From positions 682,001-746,000 of the forward strand of contig RSEE01000005.1 of the NCBI GenBank assembly GCA_003971905.1: a stretch of DNA of 64,000 nucleotides. The letters run 5' to 3'. The notes beneath the pieces were generated by a model. It saw only the letters and a program-made list of their open reading frames with translations, was not told the origin of the DNA and did no database searches. This DNA comes from Moniliella sp. 'wahieum'. Lineage: Eukaryota. Position numbers and translations under genes: made by a program. Shown here piece by piece: positions 12,557 to 24,400 of this stretch. Each line of letters opens with the position of its first letter. The stretch's first letter is position 1.

Positions 12557-12903
12557 GGGTAGGGTAAATGCGGCGGCACTGGGGACGGGTGGTTGGTGGA
12601 GGGCGGGGCATGAAGAGGAGAGGAGGCAGAGGAGGGAAAAAATACGCGCTGGCTTAAGCTGCTGATTAGCGCCGACGCCCAGCACTGCGGGAACGCGTCA
12701 CGCGTCACGTCGGTCCCAGCGGGTCTTTGAGCACTTTGAGCGGGGCAGCGCATGCAGCACTCTGCACGCCCCGCGCGGACCAGCCGATCCCACTGCCCCC
12801 CTTAACCCAGCAGGTAGAGTGGCCCAGTGGCCGCCCTGTGCGCCGAGGATGGGGGCAGTGTCCTAGCGCAGCCAAAGCACATTACAAACTGCACAAAAAA
12901 GAA

Positions 12904-12975
12904 TGGACGAACAGGGAATTGAACCCCGGACCTCATGCATGCTAAGCAAGCGCTCTACCCCTGAGCTATCCGCCC
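12904..12975 (-). tRNA. tRNA-Ala(AGC), no intron
   Basis: Reverse complement GGGCGGATAGCTCAGGGGTAGAGCGCTTGCTTAGCATGCATGAGGTCCGGGGTTCAATTCCCTGTTCGTCCA. G3:U70 Ala identity pair; T6 Pol III terminator at 12895-12900. Confidence 0.95.
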
Positions 12976-13521
12976 GCTTGTTGCAGCTCGTCGAAGCGTG
13001 GCTGCCCTGTGCTTACTGTGGCCTGCAGCGGGAGCACCATCCCTTGTATATGAGCAAAGCATGCTCGTCTTCATGCCGCCGCCCGTGGCCCAAAGCGTGG
13101 ACAAAGAGGACGCAGGGTGGCCGCGTTGCTGTGGCCATGGCCAAGGCCAAGGCCTGCAGAGCGTCTATAACAGGCCACCTAGGGGGGTCGCCCCCGCCGG
13201 CTGGGGGTGTGGGTGTGGGCTGTCGAGGCACAAGTAACCCCGCAGCGCATGCGTTGGCCCCATGCGAAGAGAGGAGAGGTGGGAGTCCCCATGCGCTCCA
13301 GCCGGGCCGCCGCTTCGTAGGCGTCGGAGCTCGAGGCAGCAACCAGGAGCTTAGCTTTCCCCTTCGCGTCCACCACGCGCCCCCCGGCGCCGGCGAGCAG
13401 GCTGCGGCGGGGTTCAAATTTTACATTAGCAAGCCCGCCGGGTGCCACGTAGGCGGCCGACGCGGAGCCACTTTCGTCGCCATCTTCTTCGGTGTCTCTT
13501 CCACATCCTGTCCTGGCCGCC

Positions 13522-15988
13522 ATGAGCTCCTCCGTGGCCTCGGGCGTAGAGCCGTCTGCGCCCAGCCGGGATGCGTTGCGATCACGTGCAAACGCGCCTG
13601 CCGCCCCGTCCCCACCGGCTCCCCCGCCGCCTCCTCTGCCACCCCGGCTGCTCCCGTACCCCGCGCCAACGGCATTGCCCCCCCCGTCATCCCGCCTGCC
13701 CTGGCCCCGGCCGAGGAGGCGGTCACCCGCTACGCGCCCGTCTCCCCTGCCATCTACCGCAACCGCACCGATGTCCCCGCCATGCTTTTCCTCTTGGCGG
13801 CGCCTTTGCCTTGCGTTTTTACCAGATCCATCACCCGGCCGAGGTGGTGTTTGACGAGGTCCACTTTGGCAAATTTGCCGCCTACTATCTCCGCCGCGAG
13901 TACTTTTTTGACGTCACCCGCCTCTGGCCAAGCTGATCAATGCTGCTGTTGCCTGGCTTGCTGGGTTTGACGGCAAGTTTGAGTTTGACGACATTGGAGA
14001 CAAGTATGTTGAGCACAACGTGCCCTATGTGCGCATGCGTGCTGGTCCCGCCTTTCTCGGATCGCTGCTCGTTCCCCTTGCGTACGCCATCATGCGCGAG
14101 TCGGGCTATGGGCAGGTGATTGCCACCTTCACCGCCTGTCTTGTGTTGTTTGAGAATGGGCATATCGTACAAGACCGCCTCATCCTCCTCGATGCTGCGC
14201 TGGTGTCTTCATGACAACCTCCATCTACGCTTATATCAAGTTCTACAAGGAGCGCTACAATGAGTTCTCGGCGCGCTGGTGGTTCTGGATGTTTGTTACG
14301 GGCGCCAATCTGGCGCTGACCATGTCGTGCAAAATGGTGGGGCTGCTGACGATCTTCAGCGTTGGTACGGCGGTGGTATGGGACCTGTGGAACTTGCTCG
14401 ATTACCGCCGAGGCAAGAGTATGGTACGTCCTCCCCGTCATCTCACTCTGCTAGTCTTCCGCTGACGATTCCTCCAGACGACTTTGTCAAACACTTTGCT
14501 GCGCGTGTTCTCGGCCTCATCCTCTGGCCGGCGGTGGTCTATCTTTTGGTTCTGGGTCCACTTTGCCATCCTGACCCGCAGCGGAACGGGGGACGCATTC
14601 ATGTCTCCGAATTCCAAGAGACGCTGGAAGGCAATCCGCTGCTGGCGGATGCGCGCGAAATTCACTATGGGGACCGGATTGTACTGCAAGACAAGGGAAC
14701 CGAGGCCTTCTTGCACTCGCATTGGGACACTTACCCGCTTCGGTACGACGATGGCCGGGTCAGCTCCCAAGGCCACAAGTAACTGCCTATCCTTTAACGA
14801 TACCAACAACATTTGGGAGGTGGTGCCAACCAAGTCGCTTCCAGACGGATACAGCGGCGAGGAGGCCGTGTGCGCAACAAGGATATTGTGCGTTTGTTGC
14901 ATGTCAACACCGAGTCGGTCCTCATGAGCCATGATGTTGCGCCCCGCTCATCCCGACCAACGAGGAATTCACAACCTGGCCCTGGAACGATACCAGCCGC
15001 TACAATGACACCCTCTTTGAGTTGCACATTGACGGGGCGGGGAAAGATACGGGGGTAGCGTGGAAGTCCAAGGCGTCGAATGTACACTTGGTTCATGTTC
15101 CAACGCGCGTCTCCCTCTGGACGCACGACGACGAACTCCTGCCCGAGTGGGGGTTCAAACACCAAGAGGTGAACGGCAACAAGAACGTGTTTGACAAGTC
15201 GGCGCTGTGGGTGGTGGATGAGTTGTATCCCGACGAGTCGGCGGACGATTACGAGGAGCGGATCAAGCCCATGCCGCCCAAGCAGGTGACCAAGATGAAC
15301 TTTTCAAGAAATGGGCCGAACTGCAGCTGACCATGCTCCACCAAAACAACCTGCTTACCTCGTCCCATCCGTATGCCTCGGGTCCCCTCAACTGGCCCTT
15401 CCTCATCTCGGGCATCTCCTTCTGGACCAACGGGGATCAGCAAGAGCAAATCTATATGATTGGCAATCCGGTTTCGTGGTACATTGGCACTCTCTCCCTA
15501 AGTATGTTTGTCGGCATCATCCTCGCAGATGCTCTGGCTCCCAGCGGGGGATTTACCCCATCCCTTCTGCCATCCGCGGCCGGCTGCTGTCGTCGGGAGG
15601 ATTCTTGTTTGTCGCCTGGCTTTGGCACTACTTGCCCTTTTACCTCATGAACCGCCAACTTTTCCTCCACCATTATCTCCCCGCCAACATCCTTGCCTGC
15701 CTCATGGCCGGCACAGTCGTCAACTTTGTCCTGACCGAGTCGATCAACTTCCCCATTTCGCGTCCGGGACCCGGCTTGCGCGATGGCTTGCTCACCTACA
15801 CTCGCCGTGCCCGGTTCAACTTGATTGACTCGACCTCCCTCTCGATCCTGGTCGGCCTCTTGGCACTCGTGGTGGCTGGGTTCTGGTGGATCGCCCCGCT
15901 CACCTATGGCTGGCCTTTGAGCGCAGAACAGTCAAACAGCACCAGCTCTTGGCCACCTGGACCTTGCACTTATCAAGCCTTTCCCTGA
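13522..15988 (+). CDS. PMT4: Dolichyl-phosphate-mannose:protein O-mannosyltransferase, PMT4 subfamily
   Basis: VVFDEVHFGKFAAYYLRREYFFDV, SCKMVGL, MIR region FLHSHWDTYPLRYDDGRVSSQG, SSHPYASGP..WPF, RQLFLHHYLPA. Intron 14424-14477; many frameshifts. Confidence 0.92.
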
Positions 15989-17342
15989 TCTAGCCCTCGG
16001 TGTCATGACGAAAGATGCAGGAGGGTGGCGTGCTTGTGTTGGTTTGGTTGTCTCCCCTCTCTCCGTTTTCTACCTTCCTTTTTCTCCTCATTTCACGCCC
16101 CTATCTCTCCCTTCTGCCCCTTCTTCCCATCAGCAGCCGGTCCAAAACCCTCTTTGCATTCTCATATCCGAGCTGGTGGACACAACGGCCCGCCGATGAC
16201 CTCTGTCAGATGCCGGACCTCCCTGCCGCAAAGGTCAGACCGTAGTGAAATAGAAGTCGCCTTTACGCAACCCACTCTTGCTCGTGGAACAACCGTCATC
16301 AAACGCGCCATGTTTCGCCGCATCTTTCTAGCGGACGTATCGCTCGTGCCGTACTGTTCGATCTGTCCTACCTAGCGTGGAAAGCCGAAAAAGCAGGACA
16401 AGACCCGTTCATCTCAGCTCTGTGACATTGCATTAGTCTTGACCGTGTTCCTTGGGCACACTAGGTCCGTTTGGTTGATCGTCATTGGCCCTCTGTACTG
16501 ACTCCCCTCTCCATCTGCAGATTCCCATATTCCTCTCCTCTCCGCTTTACCTCCTAGTCTCACCTCTCGTACCACAACAACTGACGTGATAAATGCCTCT
16601 TCGAACTGGCTGCCAGCACCCCCACGCATCGTCATAACAGAAGTATGACTAGTACGGAGGAGATGAAGCACCCATCGGCGGACAGCCTTGTCTCGAAGCG
16701 CTTCATCCCAGTCTCATATATTGACGGTCGAAACAAGTGTCTGGGGTACCGCCCTCAAAGTAAAGCGAAGCGCGCGGTGTCCATATGTCCCCGCAACACA
16801 TTCGCAGCTGGGCGTCCAGTCTTCTGTATTATCGTTGGCCAACAAGCATCATCCTTGCTCCGTACCTCGTCCCATTCTTCTTCGCAGGCTGGGCGGAACC
16901 TGATCATGTTTTTACAGAGGCCCAACCGGAACCCACACCGCCCCACAGCCACTGGTATCTCTCAAGACATGGGAAAGACGGTGGGTTCCAATGTGACGGC
17001 GAAGTGTGGTGCTGTTAATTCAGTTGGGACGATGAGTGCCGTTTGAGCGTCCGTGGTGGGAGGTATGGTGGTATCTTGATCGGAGCGAAACGAGAGCCGT
17101 ATTTTGCTCTCAGATCTCATCGACTCTTCGGCCAAGGAATCCGATGTGGGGCAAATGGTGACGTCGAGACGCTATACAGGGGGATTACCATTACCTACGT
17201 CTCCATGTGAACCGATGGGACCATCTGGATAGTCTTCTTCTACTGAGATGAAGATTCCAGCAGGTGGCGAGAATACGAGGGAGAACAGGATACTAGTCAG
17301 ATCGTAGAACCGAAGTGGAGAACTAGGAATCGGAACACAAAA

Positions 17343-17423
17343 GGACGGCTGGCGCAATGGTAGCGCGTCTGACTACGACTGGTTGTAATCAGGAGGTTGC
17401 AGGTTCGACCCCTGCGTCGTTCG
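17343..17423 (+). tRNA. tRNA-Arg(ACG) with ~9-nt intron (17379-17387)
   Basis: GGACGGC TG GCGC AATGGTA GCGC G TCTGA CT ACG A[ctggttgta]A TCAGG AGGTT GCAGG TTCGACC CCTGC GTCGTTC G; T-run terminator near 17445. Confidence 0.92.
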
Positions 17424-17668
17424 ACCCGACAGGGCGTCCTTAACTTTTTTTTGTCTCGCACTATGTGACCGCACTCTATGACCACACCTCTGTCCTTATC
17501 TTTTGCTTGCTGTTTGGTCGACGATGATCAGGAGGAACACCTTCAAGTGCTCATCAACTAAATACGGACGCAAGAACCTGAGGACTTGGAAGAACCCCCC
17601 CCCCACCCCGGGTTGATGAAGATGTCATTAGAGCGTTTGCCACCGTACAAAAGGAGGCCGACAGTTGC

Positions 17669-20600
17669 TCAAAATACATTTTGGGCTCGAATCTGATCCA
17701 GCTTCTTGTGGATCTCGCTGGGGGTGCGGTCAAGCTCCTCAGCAATAGCCGCTTGGCGGTCGGGCGGCAGCAGAGCAAAGGCCTCGCACAAGTCCCCATC
17801 AATAACCGACTTCACTGGCGCATACATCGACCGGAAAGACATGTGATCCCGCGCCAACGGGTTCAGTATGCCTCCTTCGGCACGGAGGTGCATCTCGAGC
17901 GTTGAGAGCAGGTCAGCATCCTCTTTGCTGGCAAAGGGGATTAGCGCTCCAATTGAGCCGCCCAAGCACGTGTAGACAAGCACCGAACGACCCCCTGGTG
18001 CAACGGGGGCCAAGGTTAATGAGGTGACGACATCCCCCAGATAATAGTGAGCCACTAGCTCACTCCGGTAGGGAGCACCTTGGAGATACGGTTTCTCATG
18101 CACAATCGTGAGCCCTGTGGGGTCCTCATCAACCGTGTTGGACACTGAGGCCGGCAAGCGAGAGAGCCAAACGTTGCCAAACTTGTCCCCGCCAGCGACC
18201 GTATCGTAATCGACCATAGCCAGGGCCGAAGTCCAACGAGGGAGGGTATCCTCAGCAAAGATGACCAGACGATTGTCAACCGCCTTGTATGCGACCCAAA
18301 CGATGGACTCTTGTTGGTCGCCCACGACGATGCGCGAGCCATAAGAATCGAGCGAGACAATGGTCCAGGGCAAGCGCCGGTTCTCAACTTTGCGGAGCAA
18401 CTTCTTTTTGCCCAGTTCATAGATCCTCAAGATTTTGCCCATCCCGGCCAGCAATCGGCCTTGGAATGGCTTGAGGGCCGTTGGGATCTCATCCACCTCG
18501 GTTCGATGCACCAGGTCAATCCCTTGCCGTCGGGCGAGACGAGGTAAGTGGTCAAGAAGCAGGCCCGCGCCGAACGAGGAATAACGTGCATGTCCACCGC
18601 CGAGCCTACCACCACATACACTGCAGTGGGATCCGGAGCCGAGGCAAATTGGATCGTCGTGATTGCCAAAGCGGCCTCGTTGTGCTCCAACACCACCTCA
18701 TTCACTAGTGCTCCCACTGACGGATCCACCACTGCAATCTGGGAAGCCCATTGACCCGCTTCGGCCCGAACCGGACCAAACTGGTCAGCCGGAAGGGCTA
18801 ATGCAGCCATCTCCTCGTCCTCGAGGGGACCTAGAATGGCTGTGCGGGCCTCAATCCTCTTCTTCTGAGCCCAGGGGACAGTACCCGATGGTCAGCACAC
18901 GAGAGGTAAAAGACGACTGAGACGGTGCCGAGTCAACGCCGGGGGTTCCGGTCAAGGGGATCGTGTCGGCTTTGACCTGGTTACCCAGTTGGGGGATGCT
19001 GAGGATCCGAAGGGTTCCCCCCACCACGCCGACCAGGCCGTCGGGATAGAGTTCAGCGTGGAACGACCAGACATGGTCCAGTGCATCGTAGAGCAGGGGA
19101 GAGAAGTACCCCGACCTTGGTATTGTAGCTGATCCATGGCCTAGACGAAGAGCCATGACGGCCGGTTCGCCATGGACCGAAATGCGGACCAATGTCACTG
19201 GCTTACCCCCCAAGAAGCGCGTCCGCGTATCTGTCAGCTGTCCCCGACAGCACGTCCAAAACCGTCCGCAACAACACCCCGTTTTGCAGACCAATGTTGA
19301 CAAACAACGTCGCTTCCGTCCGATTCACCGCCGTGTCGTGCATTTCCGCAATCACAATGCTGGAGGGCGGGGCGGTGAGAGCTTGCATCGACATGCGTTC
19401 CAATGTCGAGGCCGGGTCCAAGCTGTAAAGGCGCACCGTCTGGTCCGCACATCCCACCGCCAAGTACGGTGTCCGCAACCGTCCGGGCGGGATGGGACCC
19501 ACTGAAAGGGTGAGCACGTGAGCGCCCATGGGAACCCGCTCTTGGTATTCGTTTAGCTGTCCGTCTTGGTCCAGCTCAAAGTAAATGATCTCGGTCGTGC
19601 TAAGTGCGATGACAACTTGGCGCTCGTTGGTCGTCGCAGCGACAATGTAAGTTGGTTCCCCGCCCACGTTTGGTGTGGTCCATTCGGTCAAGCTCTTGTC
19701 CGCTTGGATGTGTCGAATGCCACGAGGGTGGACTTGAAGCAGTGCCGACTCGCCCATTTGCTGTACGGCCAGCGTCGGTTCGGATGCCAAAAAGCCCGAG
19801 TCTGTCACCTCGTTGATCGAATCGCCAACGGAGAGGACAATGGTGACATTGAGGAAGCTGAGCACAATGTACGAATCAAACTCGTCCCCTCGACGCAGCT
19901 TAGTGGACCACATGCGACGGGTTGCCTGGCAGGTCGGAGGCAACCGATTCCTCGACTTCAAGCCCAGGGCGAAGCATTTGGAAACTGCTCCGTGGCCCTG
20001 CACCTGATGCGACAAAAATTTGTGCAGAGTCCTGTGCCAACGCATTGCTGGCCACCCCGTCCACATCGGGTTGAGGGCGGGTAGCTCGTCAACCCAGAAG
20101 GGTTTTCTAGCTTTTGTGGCACAAACTCGGGTACAGGCGGGGCACGTCGGTCATGCCAAACCCTTCATAATCGGTCGAGGCGTATTCGGGCATATCATCA
20201 TCGTCACCTAGCTTTTGGAAGGTATACAGCATCGACGGCCCCGACTCGCAAGCGACAAACAGGAAGCCGAGGCGGAAGATGGCCAAAGAGCTGGCAACAG
20301 GAACGGTCTCAAAGTACTTGATCCGAAGCGAGACAAGCTGTTCGTTCTCGTGATCGATTGTAATCTTGAACAGATCACCATCCTCATTTTGGACCAAAAT
20401 GAAAAAGGCCGCTTTGAGTCGGTGGCATACGCTGGCGACGATCAAGTTGCCCCTCCTGTGCTCTTTGGGCTGGAGCGGATTGGAGCGGCGCGGAATGGGC
20501 ACCCGATGGGATTCTACACCCTGGTGTCGATAGGTAATGTAGTCTTCACTGCAGACCAATACACCGCTGGGGCCTTCCCAGCGGTTGGTTGTCTCGTTGT

Positions 20601-21397
20601 ACCCACCGGGCACTTGGATTAGCATGTTGGATCTTGGGTCCACCGGGGTAGACCATTTCCGTACCACATGATTCAGGCTGAAATCCATCTCGTAGTACAC
20701 CAAAAGCTGCCACCAGAAAGTAACCAGCAGTTTCGTCAGTAAAAAAAAGAAAAAGGGTATCGAGCAAGCAAGGACCATACCTTTGGTGTTTGATCGAACG
20801 CCTCCCCCGTTGGATCGCGGTCCGCCTCCTCGTAGTCCACCTCGAGCGCTGCAAAGATCGCATTTTCGTACCCCACATCCAACGCGCAAATGGTGGTGAT
20901 GATCGCATGCGGACGCTGGGCCTCCAGTGGAGAGGAATGGTAAGTTTGGCCTGCGAGTCGCGGTTCAGCACATAGACCAGCTTGGACTTTTCCACAGCTG
21001 CCAGCATCACCGCTCTGCCCTTGGGGTCCACTGCGACATACTGGCCGGGTACGACGCGGCGGGAGCCGGTGCGACCAAAGGCGTGCCAGTGGACCTGGAT
21101 GAACAGATTGCGTGCCGGCTCGTACTCGAGGATCACGACGCCTCCCGCATCGGACCCAACGACAAGATAGTCTTTGTTCCGTCCCACCAAATGGAAGGCA
21201 GCGATGCTGCGGATGGTGGCGAACGCGTTCTGCTCGCAGACAGTGACCAGCTTGCCCGTCTCCGTGTCGGGGCGGAGGAGCTGGAAACGGGTGCCGAGGG
21301 CCAGCACGATCTCCTGCGTACGCGTCCCGGAGAAGGAGCCGAGGGCGATGCCGTTGATGGCGGATGCCTTGGAGAGCGTCAAGGACAGCAAACGCAT
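17669..21397 (-). CDS. RSE1: Pre-mRNA splicing factor RSE1/SF3B3
   Basis: [80 protein letters not shown]. Intron 20707-20780; spliced length about 1,200 codons, as expected for SF3B3. Confidence 0.97.
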
Positions 21398-21938
21398 GCG
21401 CAGACGGGCCAGCAACAAAGTGGTGGTGGCGATGGTGGGTCGACGCGAAGTTTTGGGCAGAGGTGGCTGGATGGGTGAGTGGGCAACGGGTGATCTGTCT
21501 CTTCTAGCCTGGCCTCAGGGTCTCTGTGCGGCGATTCAATGTTCAAGCCAGCGGCACGTTTCAAGCTCCTGGCTGCAACTACTTTCAAATTGGCATGGGG
21601 GCGTCCACACCCAACTTCAATCCTCCAGAAATACTTCTATCCTCCAGCCTGCCCGCAAGTGTCGCTGCCTCGCTGCGTCTCGACGTGCCCCACCCCGCCG
21701 GTTTACGGCGGCAGAGGCAGGATGCATTGCGTGCCCATATATCAAGGCTGTGGGGAGGGGACAACAGGGCGGTGCTAGCGACAGGGTAGACAAAGAGAGT
21801 GGGTGGAGGCCGATGTAGATGAGGCCAACAATGCAAGGGGGACAGGAGCGCGGTCGTCATGGCCGACGATCAAGGACAAACCGAACAGAACGACAACTGG
21901 GATGGGGGGTAGGAAAGGCACCAGACAAGGGTGGTCAA

Positions 21939-23523
21939 CTATTGGCCCTTGCGCTCCTGGTCGCGCATCCGGATTTGGATCCGCTCGATCGCTAGCAGGC
22001 GCTCGGCGAGCGTGGGGTGGGAGTGGCGCATGGCCGAGTAAAGAGGGTCGTTGTGCATGGCCGACAGGTTCTGGGTGCCGAGTTTGATGAGCGCTTGCTT
22101 CAGCAGCTCAGCGTACCCCTTGGCGTGGGTCTGTGTCAACACACTCACCGCCTCCTTCGCAGGCACCCCTGCCGCCTCGGCCTGCTTTGTCGTCTCCTCA
22201 ATCTCGCCCAGTGTCGGTGCAGGGCGGGAGGCATAGCAAGCAAACGCATCAGCCTGGTACTCAATCCGACGCACGATTGCATTCAGCACAAACTCAATCA
22301 CCGTGTCAAGTGGCGAGACGACAAGTTGGAACAGCTCCATACCCACAAGGACAGGGAGACGTCCCCGGGCCCTGTGGGGAACCCAAAGGCGTGGAAGAGG
22401 GCGTGGTTGTGGATAAAGAGCGCCAGAAGAACCATCTGGAACCAAATTTGCAGCTGGGCGACCAGCATCAGCTTGAGGTTATCCTTGTGAGCCCAGTGCC
22501 CCAGTTCATGCGCTAACACGGCCTCGACCTCGTCGGGTGTGGCCTTGTCAATTAGAGTGTCGTACAGCACAATGTGCTTGGGCCCGCCAGGGAGCATGCC
22601 GTAAAAGTAAGCGTTGCTGTGGGACGAGCGACGCGACCCATCAATCACGTACACGTGCTTCAGAGGAAATTGAAGCGAACCAGCCAGAGCAAAGACTCGC
22701 TCCCGCAAAAGGCCATCCGGCAAGGGAGTGAGCTTGTTGAACAGAGGTTGGATCAACAGAGGATAGAGAACCTGGGCAATCAGGATCCAGACCAGCAAGA
22801 ACGCGGCCACATACGTTGCAAACGAATCACCAGCCCAGCGAATGATCCAAACAATCGCTGCGATAAAAGGGGAGCCAATCACAAAGCTCATTACCCAGGA
22901 GATCAGGGTGTCCTTGACGTAGATGGCTGGCGTCAATTTATTGAATCCGTGTCGCTCCTCAACAACAAAGTGGTAGTAATGTCCAATGGCATGTCGGGAA
23001 TTGTCTTGACGATGAACATAACCGACACGTAGACGATCGAGCGGACAATCTACTCAAGGACAGCAGCTAGCAGTAATAGTGGGAATAGCAGCGTAACAAA
23101 ACAACAGTTACAGGAGTCGTCAGTGAAGGTGCCCAAGAGGTAGGCAAAATCGGGTCGACACGTACCTCCGAGCCCGCATGAACCCGAGCCACGCCAGCAT
23201 CTCACCAGCCACACGCCAGAGGGCGGCGAAGCCATTGGTGTAGATTAGCGCCAAGCTGGTCCGGTATGCACGGCAGCTTTGACAAAGTTGAAGCGGGCCT
23301 TGTCACGACTGTAGGAGGAAGCTTTGCGGTACGTTTCCAAGTCCACATGGGCCGCCAGCGCGGCCGGGGGCGTAGGGTGGGAAAGAGGCGGTACTGCCGC
23401 AGCCCAACGTACGTCTCGAAGGCCCAGACAAGCAAGACGGTGGTGAGGATAACAGGTTTCCAAGGACCGTCTCGTCGTCTGCCACCGTTCGGCATGATCC
23501 GTGAAGGACTTGACCGCGTCCAT
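21939..23523 (-). CDS. STE24: CaaX prenyl protease 1 (M48 zinc metalloprotease)
   Basis: IDGSRRSSHSNAYFYG, HIVLYDTLI, HELGH (HExxH), EYQADAF, HSHPTLAERL. Intron 23050-23165. Confidence 0.95.
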
Positions 23524-24400
23524 GATAGGGAAGCGTGGTGGTAGTGGGTGGGGACTGGGAAGGAAGCCCTCGCTCGGTCCTTCCGCATTCCCGCATTTTT
23601 GTCGTACGGAGCGGCGCGCGTTGAAACAAATAATTTCCCAATCCATCCGCCAGCAGCACAGCAACCAGCAGGCCAAGCATATAATTGCGCTGGCGTCGAT
23701 CGGGGTCTCGGTAGAGGAGCTATTCTCAAGCCACCCCCACGCCGCTGTCCGCCAACCAACGTAATCCGCTCCAGCATGCCGTGTGTCTCTGGGCGTTGGG
23801 AGCCGGCCGGAAGAGGCCGGGAGGAGGTCGGAGAATGCTCGGCCTCTCCCACTCTCGGCTAGCGGCTACGTTGGGTTTGCGGGCGTCATGCATCAGCGGC
23901 ATATAACAGGCACTACTCAGAGCCACACGCCGGTGCAAAAATGCGTCCGCGTTCCAACCCATTCCCACCACATGCTGCAGTGACGAGTTGTCTAGCTCCA
24001 TTCTGCTCTGCCCCTCATACCCTACGTGATGTTCTTTCCACACGACCGACCGATGCGGGCACTCTTTTGCAGAGTTAAGCCGGGGTGTTGGGGGCGGGGG
24101 CTCTATCTGAGAAACACAAACAAAAGAACCATGCAGTTCAAGTGCCCGCCAAAAGCCTATCCGAGAGCGGTGCAGTCGGCGGTGCGGATGGTGTCGATGG
24201 TCGCCGGTTGCTGGTCGCTGGCGTCGAGACGAAGGCGTGAAGCCAAGGGCAGCAGCCGCACGGTGCTGGACTGGGGTTGAACATTTCATGCAGCGCCCCT
24301 GGCGGCTGGCGGTGCTTGGCTGGCCAGGCGGCCCCCACGCGCTGCTAACACGACCCCTGGCGACAACTCCAGCACCAGCAACTCCAGGTGCGCCGTCCGC

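Noticed and set aside
12903..13521. N-terminal part of ORF 12903-13970
   Set aside because: It runs antisense through tRNA-Ala and the PMT4 promoter; only the portion after 13522 belongs to PMT4.
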